Origin: Macrostomum hystrix
Taxonomy: Eukaryota; Animalia; Platyhelminthes
Assembly: GCA_950097015.1 (NCBI GenBank)
Contig: CATNEN010000001.1
Location: 24,180,001 to 24,244,000 of the forward strand
DNA: 64,000 bases
Reading direction: 5' to 3'
Made by a program: the position numbers and the translations under genes. Position 1 is the first letter of the stretch. The number at the start of each line of letters is the position of its first letter. The notes beneath the pieces are model-generated. The model was not told the origin of the DNA, ran no database searches, and saw only the letters and a program-made list of their open reading frames with translations. Shown piece after piece: positions 26,560-39,743 of this stretch.

Positions 26560-26757
26560 AAGTGGCTGTTGATTGGTCTGTCGCGGAGTGAGGTGGCTGT
26601 TCATTTATCTGTCGCGGAGTGGGGTGGCTGTTCATTGGTCTGTCGCGGAGTGGGGTGGCTTTTCATTGGTCTGTCGCGGAGTGAGGTGGCTGTTCATTCG
26701 TCTGTCGCGGAGTGAGGTGGCTGTTCATTTGTCTGTCACGGAGTGAGGTGGCTGTTA
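26560..26757 (+). repeat. 31-bp minisatellite (GTCTGTCGCGGAGTGAGGTGGCTGTTCATT)
   Basis: About 6 units. Confidence 0.9.
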
Positions 26758-27014
26758 ATCTTATTTTAACGCCATGTGACGTAGCCTTAAAGTTATTTCT
26801 TCGAGGTGTCTTTTGACCAAGACAAACGACTTGGCGAGATTGACTCACAGCCATCGAAGAGATATATCTACTTACTCCGCTGACACCTGAGTATAAAAAC
26901 GCACACGGATGGGTTACACCGGCTCTGACTTTCTAATCTACAGGCAATGTACACTCTTAACTGTGGTCTCGCGGGTGTCAGTTTCACCAAAGCCCCAAAG
27001 TCACCTCTCCCCTG

Positions 27015-27251
27015 TTAGACAGGCGCAGGCTCTGAAAGCTCAGTTGGCGCCCGACGGAAAGACAGGCGACTGCCGCTGGCCACCTGGGCGATGCTCAGGT
27101 CAAGGCGTTGGAACGCTGCCCAGAGCTCGTAGCAGCAGAATCCGCCAACTAGAAGCGAGCCGATGAGCACGAGGCCGACTGTCACCAGGTTGGGACCGCT
27201 GCCGCCAATCAGCGACCACAGGCCGAAGGTGAGAAACAGGCCTGCGACCAC
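27015..27251 (-). CDS. RING-CH/MARCH-like membrane E3 ligase, last exon (TM segments)
   Basis: Acceptor ccatccgcag|GTG. Encodes VVAGLFLTFGLWSLIGGSGPNLVTVGLVLIGSLLVGGFCCYELW...*, joined in phase 0 across an 82-bp intron. Confidence 0.75.
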   Translation of the reverse strand: MVAGLFLTFGLWSLIGGSGPNLVTVGLVLIGSLLVGGFCCYELWAAFQRLDLSIAQVASGSRLSFRRAPTELSEPAPV

Positions 27252-27333
27252 CTGCGGATGGAATGCGGGCTGCCATTCTGTCGAGAAAGTCAGCAAAAGT
27301 TTGTTGAAGTCGTTCAACTAGGGCTCAACTCAC

Positions 27334-27813
27334 CAGCAGGCACAGGAAGTGTCTGAGCACTGACAGCCGGGCCTTCTTATCGCACGTGTGCCGGCCGTAG
27401 CGCCGGGTCACCCGCATGCTGGCGCCGCAGTGGGGACACTGGAAGGTCATCTGCCAGCGGCCCCAGCTGTACACCCGGCGCTGCAGATACCGCGACAGCA
27501 GGCAGGTGGCGTGGATGTACTTTTCCTGACGACAGCGGCACGGCAGCCGTCGCCAACTGTCCATCCGAGCGGTGAGGTCGGCGAGGCTCATGCAGCTGTC
27601 GTTGACAGCATCGGCGTCGTCAGTGTAGCAGGCACAGACAAGGCATGTCTCGGAGTGCACCCAGCAACTGTTGCGCCTGCGCTGCTGCTGCTGCTGCTGC
27701 TGGCGCAATCGACGCTGATTTGATGCCGCCGCTGCACGAGCTGACGCGGCCGCGGCTGCCAGGTGGTTTAGCGAGGGCGACGACGAAGCCAGGCCGATGT
27801 CGCCTTGCGGCAG
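27334..27813 (-). CDS. RING-CH/MARCH-like membrane E3 ligase, exon 3 (RINGv domain)
   Basis: CLVC...PCRCRQEKYIHATC...FQCPHC (C4HC3 order). Acceptor aaatccag|CTG, donor CTG|gtgagt. Confidence 0.8.
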
Positions 27814-27888
27814 CTGGATTTCGAATGGTAAGCGAGATATGCGCAATGTGGGATCTGGACAATATTGGAACCTGGGTTAAAAATTTTG

Positions 27889-29962
27889 GGATCTGGATGA
27901 TTCAAGGATCTGGATGATTCAAGGATCTGGATGATGCAAGGATCTGGATGATTCAAGGATCTGGATGATTCAAGGATCTGGATGATTCAAGGATCTGGAT
28001 GATTCAAGGATCTGGATGATTCAAGGATCTGGATGATTCAAGGATCTGGATGATTCAAGGATCTGGATGATTCAAGGATCTGGATGATTCAAGGATCTGG
28101 ATGATTCAAGGATCTGGATGATTCAAGGATCTGGATGATTCAAGGATCTGGATGATTCAAGGATCTGGATGATTCAAGGATCTGGATGATTCAAGGATCT
28201 GGATGATTCAAGGATCTGGATGATTCAAGGATCTGGATGATTCAAGGATCTGGATGATTCAAGGATCTGGATGATTCAAGGATCTGGATGATTCAAGGAT
28301 CTGGATGATTCAAGGATCTGGATGATTCAAGGATCTGGATGATTCAAGGATCTGGATGATTCAAGGATCTGGATGATTCAAGGATCTGGATGATTCAAGG
28401 ATCTGGATGATTCAAGGATCTGTATGATTCAAGGATCTGGATGATTCAAGGATCTGGATGATTCAAGGATCTGGATGATTAAAGGATCTGGATGATTCAA
28501 GGATCTGGATGATGCAAGGATCTGGATGATGCAAGGATCTGGATGATGCAAGGATCTGGATGATTCAAGGATCTGGATGATGCAAGGATCTGGATGATGC
28601 AAGGATCTGGATGATGCAAGGATCTGGATGATGCAAGGATCTGGATGATTCAAGGATCTGGATGATTCAAGGATCTGGATGATTCAAGGATCTGGATGAT
28701 TCAAGGATCTGTATGATTCAAGGATCTGGATGATTCAAGGATCTGGATGATTAAAGGATCTGGATGATTCAAGGATCTGGATGATGCAAGGATCTGGATG
28801 ATGCAAGGATCTGGATGATGCAAGGATCTGGATGATGCAAGGATCTGGATGATTCAAGGATCTGGATGATGCAAGGATCTGGATGATTCAAGGATCTGGA
28901 TGATTCAAGGATCTGGATGATGCAAGGATCTGGATGATTCAAGGATCTGGATGATTCAAGGATCTGGATGATTAAAGGATCTGGATGATTAAAGGATCTG
29001 GATGATTCAAGGATCTGGATGATTAAAGGATCTGGATGATTCAAGGATCTGGATGATTCAAGGATCTGGATGATTCAAGGATCTGGATGATTCAAGGATC
29101 TGGATGATTAAAGGATCTGGATGATTCAAGGATCTGGATGATTCAAGGATCTGGATGATTCAAGGATCTGGATGATTCAAGGATCTGGGTGATTCAAGGA
29201 TCTGGATGATTCAAGGATCTGGATGATTTAAGGATCTGGATGATTCAAGGATCTGGATGATTCAAGGATCTGGATGATTAAAGGATCTGGATGATTCAAG
29301 GATCTGGATGATTCAAGGATCTGGATGATTAAAGGATCTGGATGATTCAAGGATCTGGATGATTCAAGGATCTGGATGATTAAAGGATCTGGATGATTCA
29401 AGGATCTGGATGATGCAAGGATCTGGATGATGCAAGGATCTGGATGATGCAAGGATCTGGATGATTCAAGGATCTGGATGATGCAAGGATCTGGATGATG
29501 CAAGGATCTGGATGATTCAAGGATCTGGATGATGCAAGGATCTGGATGATTCAAGGCTCTGGATGATTCAAGGATCTGGATGATTCAAGGATCTGGATGA
29601 TTCAAGGATCTGGGTGATTCAAGGATCTGGATGATTCAAGGATCTGGATGATTCAAGGATCTGGATGATTCAAGGATCTGGATGATTCAAGGATCTGGAT
29701 GATTCAAGGATCTGGATGATTAAAGGATCTGGATGATTCAAGGATCTGGATGATTCAAGGATCTGGATGATTCAAGGATCTGGGTGATTCAAGGATCTGG
29801 ATGATTCAAGGATCTGGGTGATTCAAGGATCTGGGTGATTCAAGGATCTGGATGATTCAAGGATCTGGATGATTCAAGGATCTGGATGATTCAAGGATCT
29901 GGATGATTCAAGGATCTGAATGATTCAAGGATCTGGATGATTCAAGGATCTGGATGATTCAA
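27889..29962 (+). repeat. 18-bp minisatellite (GGATCTGGATGATTCAAG), intronic
   Basis: About 115 near-identical units filling most of a predicted intron. Confidence 0.98.
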
Positions 29963-30021
29963 GAAAACACAGGCGACTTTTGATTAATCCCAAATCGACG
30001 ATGCTATTTTTCCCAAACAAC

Positions 30022-30515
30022 CAGCAGCTGCGGCTGCGACTGCGGCTTCGGCATCGTCGGAGTCGGGGGTCTCAGCAGCGAAGGCCCGGAGCCACCCAGA
30101 CGGTCGGAGGTCTTCATGGAGCGGCCTTCACCTCTGGACAGGCGGCGCTGATGCAGCTGCTGCAGCCACAGCTGCTGAAGGGCCAGGTGATGCTGCTGAT
30201 GGTACTGCGGCTGCTGCTGCTGCGTGCTTGTCAAACTACCAGCCGAAGCCTCTGTGAAGGTGAAGGACGGCCGCTGCTGCAGCAGAAACAGCTGCCTGTG
30301 ACTGCCGCCTCCGCCGCCACCGGCGCCGCTCGAGACAGTCGTGGCGACCTCCAGATTGGACAGGAAGTGAGGCACCTCGGCTGCCAGAGCTGCCATCTCA
30401 GCAGCGTTTGGTACGTCGAGCCGATCGGCGCTCTTGGACTTCAGGGACGGCTCGCCTGACGGTACGGCGACGTGGTAGCAGGTGATGTTCAGCTGCGTTG
30501 GGATTGAGGTCTTGC
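30022..30515 (-). CDS. RING-CH/MARCH-like protein, exon 2 (low-complexity N-terminus)
   Basis: Acceptor ttctccccgcag|GC AAG ACC; Gln/Gly-rich open frame. Donor is weak (CTG|gttgtt or GTT|gtttgg, both phase 0). Confidence 0.6.
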
Positions 30516-30699
30516 CTGCGGGGAGAAAAATGTGCAACCCGAGCGTAGAGGACATTATAATTACTCAGGACACTTCTCCTGATCAAATTGAGGATCAATC
30601 TCCTAATTAGGGTTCCTAAACCGATTCTTGGATTAATCTACAGTTCTATGATTCAGTAAATCCAATTCTATCCGCTGATCTTCCTATCTTGCCGCCATT

Positions 30700-31378
30700 C
30701 CAGCTTCTCATCTTGCTGTGATACCAGCTTCAGATCTTGCTGCGATTCCTGCTTCAGATCTTGCTGCGTTTCCAGCTTCAGATCTTGCTGCGATTCCTGC
30801 TTCAGATCTTGCTGCGATTCCTGCTTCAGATCTTGCTGCGTTTCCAGCTTCAGATCTTGCTGCGATTCCTGCTTCAGATCTAGCTGCGATTCCAGTTTCA
30901 GATCTTGCTGCGATTCCTGCTTCAGATCTAGCTGCGATTCCAGTTTCAGATCTTGCTGCGATTCCTGCTTCAGATCTTGCTTCGATTCCAGCTTTAGATC
31001 TTGAGGCGATTCCTGCTTCAGATCTTGAGGCGATTCCAGCTTCAGATCTTGAGGCGATTCCTGCTTCAGATCTTGAGGCGATTCCAGTTTCAGATCTTGC
31101 TGTGATACCAGCTTCAGATTTTGCTGCGATTCCAGCTTCAGATCTTGCTGCGATTCCAGCTTTAGATCTTGCTGCGTTTCCAGCTTCAGATCTAGCTGCG
31201 ATTCCTGCTTCAGATCTTGCTGCGATTCCTGCTTCAGATCTTGCAGCGATTCCTGCTTCAGATCTTGGGGCGATTCCAGTTTCAGGTCTTGCTTCGATTC
31301 CAGCTTCAGATCTAGCCGCAATTCCAGCTTCAGATTTTGCTGCGATTCTAGCTTCGGTCACAGCTGCGATTCTAGCAG
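30700..31378 (-). repeat. 24-bp minisatellite (TGAAGCAGGAATCGCAGCAAGATC on -), same family as 25100-26233, inverted
   Basis: Reverse complement aligns to TGTAGCTAGAATCGCAGCTAGATC. Confidence 0.93.
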
Positions 31379-31446
31379 TAATTTGACTGAAGCTTGTGTC
31401 AAATAACTCAAGATTTAAGAATTCAGTAGCAGGCAAAAAAACTTAC

Positions 31447-31462
31447 GACTGAAAACGGCCAT
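31447..31462 (-). CDS. RING-CH/MARCH-like protein, first coding exon (MAVFS)
   Basis: ATG GCC GTT TTC AGT C|gtaagt. Phase 1 matches exon 2 (C+GC=Arg); the joined CDS is 1227 nt (408 aa). Confidence 0.55.
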
Positions 31463-32527
31463 GTCTTACGCCGCAGATTTCAGCTCTGCCACCTGCAGCA
31501 AAAGTTCAATAATGAATCCGCGACTTTAAGGAGATTTTTGTTCAACCGAGCAGAGCAAAACTTGAAATATAACCGCTAGCTGGGTCATAATGCCCGGTCT
31601 GCAAATATGCTTGGCGCGCACACACCACCACCACCCCGATCCCGAGCTGGGGATCTTGAGCTGGGGATCTTGTACAGCCCCCCACACACACACACGACTC
31701 CAACTGCAATCGCTTCCCAGGATCTGTATCTGGAGATAACGCTTGCTCCCCATTGGCTGCCCAGAATTATCCTCATATGGGATAGCGTTCGGTGCAAAAT
31801 TGGCTAGTAAAAGAAGGGATTTCTTTGGGGAGGGAATATTTGTGATGGGATCTCAGACACATTCTGAGCACACTGAGCAGGGAATGAATGAACAACACGC
31901 TGACATAATTGGGCACTTGCGAGTCCGGGGCAGTGCTCAAACAGAAATCTCGGCCAACGACGGCTGGGTAAGCCGACATGGGATATTGCCAATTTTATTA
32001 ATCAACGATGACCAGCTGCATGGGCCGAGAACTCGCAGACTCAGAACTGCCAATTTACCTGAACTCGCCGATTGCCCAATAAAAATATGAATATGAAGTG
32101 GCGACTCATTCAGAAATCTGATTTATGAGACTGACGCAGTCAGCACAGCTTGACCATCGATTAGCCTAATTGCAATTTTACCTTTTTGTTGTTGCCATGC
32201 AGATTTAATTAGCTCTCCTCAGATAGTACGGAAACAAATTGATTGGATAGATCATATGGGCAACCGTTAAATACTTTTTATGGGATTTTTTCCCAATTAT
32301 GCATGCAAAGATCTCCTACTAGATCGGTTTCGTCGACGAAAAACACACCGAAATGCCGGAAACTCCGCGAACTCGATCTGTCTGACTTTGAGAACAAGAA
32401 TGACGTATGGCAATGTATTTAAGCAGTACACAGCTACTCTTCACAATGCTGCCGTTGATTTAGTACAACCCAATGCACCTTATGGGCAAATCGTTAGAGC
32501 CTAGCGATGGCAGCGAGTCAGTTTCAT

Positions 32528-32940
32528 AGAGAGATGAGACACGGGAGAGATGAGACACGGGAGAGATGAGACACGGGAGAGATGAGACACGGGAGAGATG
32601 AGACACGGGAGAGATGAGGCACGGGAGAGATGAGACACGGGAGAGATGAGACACTTGAGAGATGAGACACGGGAGAGATGAGACACGGGAGAGATGAGAC
32701 ACGGGAGAGATGAGACACGGGAGAGATGAGACACGGGAGAGATGAGACACGGGAGAGATGAGACACGGGAGAGATGAGACACGGGAGAGATGAGACACGG
32801 GAGAGATGAGACAGGGGAGAGATGAGGCACGGGAGAGATGAGACACGGGAGAGATGAGACACTTGAGAGATGAGACACGGGAGAGATGAGACACGGGAGA
32901 GATGAGACACGGGAGAGATGAGACACGGGAGAGATGAGGC
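32528..32940 (-). repeat. 16-bp minisatellite (GAGATGAGACACGGGA), same family as 15997-17912, inverted
   Basis: Reverse complement is CTCATCTCTCCCGTGT. Confidence 0.95.
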
Positions 32941-33394
32941 AGGTGAGAGTTTGTGTTGGATGGGGCCAGAACAGACTATAAAAATGATTTTATCTTACAA
33001 GTAGGACTTAATTAACGATCAAGTCATTAGACAATTTACTAAATGTAAGTTATTAAAAAACTGTTTGACTTCGTCACGCAAAAGAGCGGAACAGGATCGA
33101 TCGTAATGATTACTTCGCGAATCGCGAAGCAACGTGCCGCCAGTGCCTAAGTTGTAATTCAGAACAGGATTATATTAGTTTTCAATTTAGTGAATACAAA
33201 CGGCCCGATCGTGCAATACAGGGAAAACTAGGCGATAGCAATCCAGTACAAATGATCTAGTTCTGAATCATTTCTACTTTCTTTCAAGCAAATAAGCGGC
33301 ACAATCGTGTTTTGATCATTTGCATTTTACTCAGAAATATTGCGAGTTCACCGTTCACCGTTAAAGTCGCCCTGTTTGTCTCGTCCCTAAATAC

Positions 33395-35740
33395 CTCGAA
33401 TTTCCCCCTACGAAATTTCCACATACTTCCCCCCGAATTCTTAGCACATCTCCCCCCGAGTTCTTGGCACTTCTCCCCACGAATTCTTGGTACATCTCCC
33501 CCGAATTCCTGGCACTTCTCCCCCGAATTCTTGGTACATCTCCCCCCCCGAATTCTTGGCACTTCTCCCCCGAATTCTTGGCACATCTCCCCCCCGAATT
33601 CTTGGCACTTCTCCGCCCCCCCCGAATTCTTGGCACTTCTCCCCCCCGAATTCTTGGCACTTCTCCCCCCGAATTCTTGGCACTTCTCCCTCCCCGACTT
33701 ATTCGCACTTCTCCCTCCCCGAATTCTTGGCACTTCTCCCCAACGAATTCTTGGCACTTCTCCCTCCCGAATTCTTGGAATTTCTCCCCAACGAATTCTT
33801 GGCACATCTCCCCCCCCCGAATTCTTGGCACTTCTCCCCCCGAATTCTTGGCACTTCTCCCTCCCCGACTTATTCGCACTTCTCCCTCCCCGAATTCTTG
33901 GCACTTCTCCCTCCCCGAATTCTTGGCACTTCTCCCTCCCGAATTCTTGGAATTTCTCCCCAACGAATTCTTGGCACATCTCCCCCCCCCGAATTCTTGG
34001 CACTTCTCCCCCGAATTCTTGGCACATCTCCCCCCCGAATTCTTGGCACTTCTCCCTCCCCGAATTCTTGGCACTTCTCCCCAACGAATTCTTGGCACTT
34101 CTCCCTCCCCGAATTCTTGGCACTTCTCCCTCCCGAATTCTTGGAATTTCTCCCCAACGAATTCTTGGCACTTCTCCCTCCCCGAATTCTTGGCACTTCT
34201 CCCTCCCGAATTCTTGGAATTTCTCCCCAACGAATTCTTGGCACATCTCCCCCCCCCGAATTCTTGGCACTTCTCCCCCGAATTCTTGGCACTTCTCCCC
34301 CCCCGAATTATTCGCACTTCTCCCTCGCCGAATTCTTGGCACTTCTAACTCCCCGAATTCTTGGCACTTCTCCCTCCCCGACTTATTCGCACTTCTCCCT
34401 CCCCGACTTATTCGCACTTCTCCCTCCCCGAATTCTTGGCACTTCTCCCCAACGAATTCTTGGCACTTCTCCCCCCCCGAATTCTTGGAATTTCTCCCCC
34501 CCGAATTCTTGGCACTTCTCCCCCCCGAATTCTTGGCACTTCTCCCCCCCGAAATTCCTGGCACTTCTCCCCCCCCGAATTCTTGGCACTTCTCCCTCCC
34601 CGAATTCTTGGCACTTCTGCCCCCCCCGAATTCTTGGCACTTCTCCCCAACGAATTCTTGGCACTTCTCCCCAACGAATTCTTGGCACTTCTCCCCCCCG
34701 AATTCTTGGCACTTCTCCCTCCCCGAATTCTTGGCACTTCTCCCCCCCGAATTCTTGGCACTTCTCTCTCCGAATTCTTGGCACTTCTCCCCCCCGAATT
34801 CCTGGCACTTCTCCCCAACGAATTCCTGGCACTTCTCCCCAACGAATTCTTGGCACTTCTCCCTCCCCGAATTCTTGGCACTTCTCCCCCCCGAATTCTT
34901 GGCACTTCTCTCTCCGAATTCTTGGCACTTCTCTCTCCGAATTCTTGGCACTTCTCCCCCCCGAATTCCTGGCACTTCTCCCCAACGAATTCCTGGCACT
35001 TCTCCCCAACGAATTCTTGGCACTTCTCCCTCCCCGAATTCTTGGCACTTCTCCCCCCCGAATTCTTGGCACTTCTCTCTCCGAATTCTTGGCACTTCTC
35101 CCCCCCGAATTCTTGGCACTTCTCCCCCCCGAATTCCTGGCACTTCTCCCCAACGAATTCTTGGCACTTCTCCCTCCCCGAATTCTTGGCACTTCTCCCC
35201 CCCGAATTCTTGGCACTTCTCTCTCCGAATTCTTGGCACTTCTCCCTCCCCGAATTCTTGGCACTTCTCCCCCCCGAATTCTTGGCACTTCTCCCCCCCG
35301 AATTCTTGGCACTTCTCCCTCCCCGAATTCTTGGCACTTCTCCCCCCCGAATTCTTGGCACTTCTCCCCCCCGAATTCCTGGCACTTCTCCCCAACGAAT
35401 TCTTGGCACTTCTCCCTCCCCGAATTCTTGGCACTTCTCCCCCCCGAATTCTTGGCACTTCTCTCTCCGAATTCTTGGCACTTCTCCCTCCCCGAATTCT
35501 TGGCACTTCTCCCCCCCCGAATTCCTGGCACTTCTCCCCCCCCCGAATTCTTGGCACTTCTCTCTCCGAATTCTTGGCACTTCTCCCCCCCTGAATTCTT
35601 GGAATTTCTCCCCCCGAATTCTTGGCACTTCTCCCCCCTGAATTCTTGGAATTTCTCCCCCCCCCGAATTCTTGGCACTTCTCCCCCCGAAATATGTTTA
35701 CTTTTCCGACCGAAGTGAGTGCATTTCTCCCTCCGAAATC
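33395..35740 (+). repeat. ~24-bp minisatellite (GAATTCTTGGCACTTCTCCCCCCC)
   Basis: About 95 units, most with an EcoRI site and a variable C-run. Confidence 0.97.
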
Positions 35741-36419
35741 TCAGCATTTCTCCCAAGGAAGACTTCACATTTTCAACCCGAATATCTTCCCTTTTCTCCT
35801 TCCCGATATATTTGCACTCCACACTGAAATCTTGGCACTTATTAGAAAAAATTTATCCATCTAGACTGCTAGAAAAAGAAATCAAGAAGCAAAGCAAACA
35901 AATCATCGCTCACTTAATTAATTACAATACAACCCACTTCAGTATTCACACCTTGCATCAGCAGACAGAGATGCTGCTGAAGTGCTCAGGGTTAGAAAAA
36001 TATAGGATCATTAATTATTAATAAGCAGAACTCTCCTAACACAAAACTCGCACACCACAAGACTGCAATTGTACTTCTAAAACAACATTTTGCAAGAAAA
36101 ATAAATTGCGACAGAAAAAAGACAGGTAAAGTGCAGGTAAACTGTGCATTCATTCGCTTCTCTTGAAGTCCACTTAAAAGCGGCATCCAAGCATTCCGGT
36201 TGAGTGACACACAAAAACAAAGGTATTAGCTGGTATATATCAACAGTTGCAGATTCAAGTTTAACTCGTGCATTCCGCATTCGGTTTAGGGATTAAAGCA
36301 AATAAAACTGCTAAGGTATCTTAGGTCTGAATTTCGTAAATATCTAGGTTTAGAGAACTGTTAACTGTAAATAGTTTCTTAGAAATTATATATCAAGAAG
36401 AGGAAGAGATTTACTTAGC

Positions 36420-36748
36420 GGGAGATGTACATAGGGAGGGGAATTGTACATAGTGATGGGAGATGTACATGGGGAGTGGGAGATGTACATAAAGAGTGGG
36501 AGATGTACATAGGGAGGGAAGATGTACAAAGGGAGTGGGAGATGTACATGGGGAGTGGGAGATGTACATAGGGAGTGGAAAAATGTACATAGTGAGTGGG
36601 AGATGTACATGGGAGTGGGAGATGTACATAGGGAGTGGAAAAATGTATATAGTGAGTGGGAGATGTACATAGGGAGTGGGAGATGTACATAGGGAGGGGA
36701 GATGTACATAGGAAGGGGAGATGAACATAAGGATTTGAGATGTACATT
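36420..36748 (+). repeat. 20-bp minisatellite (GGGAGATGTACATAGGGAGT)
   Basis: About 16 units. Confidence 0.93.
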
Positions 36749-37611
36749 GTGGGAGGAGATAGATATTTAGATAGTAGTGAATGCGGAACAGGAAGACACT
36801 GGAAGAGCTAAACATATATTTGGTAACTATACCTTGTTACCAAGAGTAATTTTCCCAGTAGTTATACAAATTCCGAGTATTAATTGTAAGCTAATAATCA
36901 GTTTCTAGAAAACACAGTACTGCTCCACTTGCAGGACTCGAGCAAAAACTAGTTAGAGAAGAGTTGCGTGATCTATCCTAATTAGACTGTACAAAAAACT
37001 AACAGAATGCGAGCTTGATTTAAAGTGGATTGAGGCCGATTGAGTAGACATTTAGGCTCGAGCTAAATTAACACATTCAAATTTAGCTGTAAGAAATTTT
37101 CGATTAAATAGGTCAAATAAGTATGTCAAACAGGTGCGTATTTACACAAACAAACGCGAAAATTTTTGAGTTTCGAAATGTACTTTTTTAATTAAGAGAT
37201 TTTCGCTGCAACAGACAAAAATACTTTCAGAAAAAACAATCAAATGCTAGAAATTACAGGTGCAGAGGAGCCTTTTCTAAACTGCACAAGATTCAATTTG
37301 CTAGATTGTTATATTACTGACATGTTCACAACATGCTACTGACTAGGCGGGTAAGCTAAGAGGTTCAGATAGTAGTCACTTTCGAAAAAATTTCTAACGA
37401 AAAAAATCCGAATCAAGAGAGAACATACACGATGGAGACGATAGGGGAATTGCGGAAACAGAACAAATAAAAGTAACAATGTCATTTCTAAAAGCTATCG
37501 GTATTTAAATTGAAGTAGACGACTAGAAAGTTAATTGCGATTATAGTAGAGTTTCTGTGCCTGAATAATATGAAAAATAAGGATGGAAAAATTCAGAGTG
37601 GCTTGCGGTTA

Positions 37612-37948
37612 CACGAGTACCTTTAGGGTAGGTGCTGGCGGGCGAGTGTACGTTCAGGGGTAGGGAATTAGCGGGCGAGTGTACATTTAGGGGTAGGAGT
37701 TGACGGGCGTGTGTACATTCAGGGGGTAGGGAGTTAGCGAGCCAGTGTACATTCAGGGGTAGGAGTTGACGGGCGAGTGTACATTTAGGGGTAGGGGTTG
37801 ACGGGCGAGTGTACATTCAGGGGGTAGGGAGTTAGAGAGCCAGTGTACATTCAGGGGTAGGAGTTGACGGGTGAGTGTACATTTAGGGGTAGGGAATTCG
37901 CGGGCGAGGGTACATTCAAGGGTAGGGCTTTGAGGGAGCTTGTACATC
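37612..37948 (+). repeat. ~32-bp minisatellite (GTGTACATTCAGGGGTAGGAGTTGACGGGCGA)
   Basis: About 10 diverged units. Confidence 0.9.
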
Positions 37949-38599
37949 TAGGAGATATCTTTAAACGGGCAGTAGAAATTCCAATACGCATAAACAATTA
38001 AACTATTAAAGCTGTATTTCAAAATTAAAGTTATAAAAATAACAGCTGAAGATTCACTAAAATTTGGGACAAAAAAGCTGGCAGGCAGATTACATTTCAG
38101 AAAAAAGAACACTAAAAACACTAAATGGCTGGAAATATATAATTTTCAATTTCGTCTTTTTACAGACAAAACTGTCTGAGATTTCTACGGGCCTTCAGAG
38201 ACAAGCGCCAATAATTGCAAGGTAAAAATCCTGACACGCGACTAAAATTATAAGGGAAGGTGGAGAGTAGAAATTCAGCCGGGCGAACCGATAATAGAAA
38301 CTAAAGCCTCGACATCGGGGAGTATTATTGCAAATACAAAGAGATCAATTCAACACAGAGACACACTCATTGATGATGCAGACAGACAGACACAAAGGAA
38401 AAATAAATTGCACAATCAACAACTAAGCTTATACGTCGAATGCGAATCACAAAAAAATAAAACGCCGTTCAACAATAGTCTCCGTTATCGATTCTTTGCA
38501 AGTGCTAGAAGACTGCTCAAACTGTTCGCCACGTAGAGTAGTGCGCTGCGGGAGAGGACGATTTGAATTTGATTATAAATATTTTGTCGCTAAGCACTT

Positions 38600-39230
38600 T
38601 GCTTTGAAAATTGAGTCACCCAGTAATCCACTATTATCCTTCAGTCATTCAGTCATCTACTTTGACTGTTTAGTCGTCCCAGTACTCCACAAAATAACCA
38701 TACAGTCAAACAGTATGATCGTTAAGTCATCCAGAACTTCACTATGACCATTCAGTCATTTAGCCTATTACAATGAACATTCTGTCATTTAGCCCTCCAC
38801 TATGACCATTCAGTCATCCACTATGGCCTTTCAGTCATCCAGTCATCCACTATGACCATTCAGTCATCCACTATGGCCTTTCAGTCATCCAGTCAACCAC
38901 TATGACCATCCAGTCAACCACTATGACCATCCAGTCGACCACTATGACCATCCAGTCAACCACTATGACCATCCAGTCGACCACTATGACCATCCAGTCG
39001 ACCACTATGACCATTGAGTCATTTAGCGCTCTACTATGACTGTTTTAGTCATTAATTCATCCACTATGACCTCAAGTCATCCAGTACTCCAGTATGATCG
39101 TTAATTCATACAGAACTTCACAATCACCATCCAGTTTTCTAGTTTTCCACTATGACCATTTTAGTAATGTAGTAAAATACTGTGACCATTTAGACAACAA
39201 GTCCTCCCCTATGACCGTCTAGTATCCCAA
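38600..39230 (+). repeat. Degenerate ~21-bp minisatellite (CACTATGACCATCCAGTCAAC)
   Basis: Homogeneous core at 38890-39015, immediately 3' of the MKK7 stop. Confidence 0.88.
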
Positions 39231-39268
39231 TGGTCCACTCTGACTACTCAGACGGAGCACACTCACTG

Positions 39269-39743
39269 TTACGACGGGGGCAGAGGTGACTCAGGCGTTG
39301 AGTACTGCGTCTGCGGCTGCTGGCCATGGTGATGCCGAGGCGGAGGCTGCGGCAGGGCGGCCGGAGGCCCACCCGCGGGTTTAGGCGCGCTTGGCGACCG
39401 GCTCTGCAGAGAAGATGGCGAGCTGGTGTCCACGGAGCCGTAGCCGGAGCTGGAGCCCTGCGACCCGGCCGACAATTGTCGATGGCGACGAAACGTAGAG
39501 GCGGACGACGACGCACTGGAAGCTGCCACGGAGGAGGATGCTGCATTACCGCCGCTGCTGCTTCCGCCGCTGCTGCCAGCGCTGCCGCTACCGCCGCCAC
39601 CAGGCGTAGCCAAAGCCGGACAGCGGATTCGAACCTCTGACAGCCAATCGGCAACGTCGGTCTGGGTTTGCTCGTGATATTTGATGAAGTCGTGGCACAA
39701 CAGGCGCTGGTATTTCGGACGCAGGCTGACGTCTTTGGTTAGA
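39269..39743 (-). CDS. MAP2K7: MAP kinase kinase 7 (hemipterous), exon 5
   Basis: Acceptor ctctcag|T CTA ACC AAA; (C)LTKDVSLRPKYQRLLCHDFIKYHE resembles the MKK7 kinase C-terminus, followed by a low-complexity tail to the stop. Confidence 0.9.

Noticed and set aside
27889-29962. Tandem hammerhead ribozymes (CTGGATGA resembles CUGAUGA)
   Set aside because: The core is not exact, there is no GAAA box or stems, and the 18-bp unit is too short.
16439-35822. Long repetitive ORFs over the arrays at 16.4, 20.2, 22.3, 25, 30.7 and 33.3 kb
   Set aside because: They coincide exactly with tandem arrays; no domains or splice support, and one array lies in a predicted intron.
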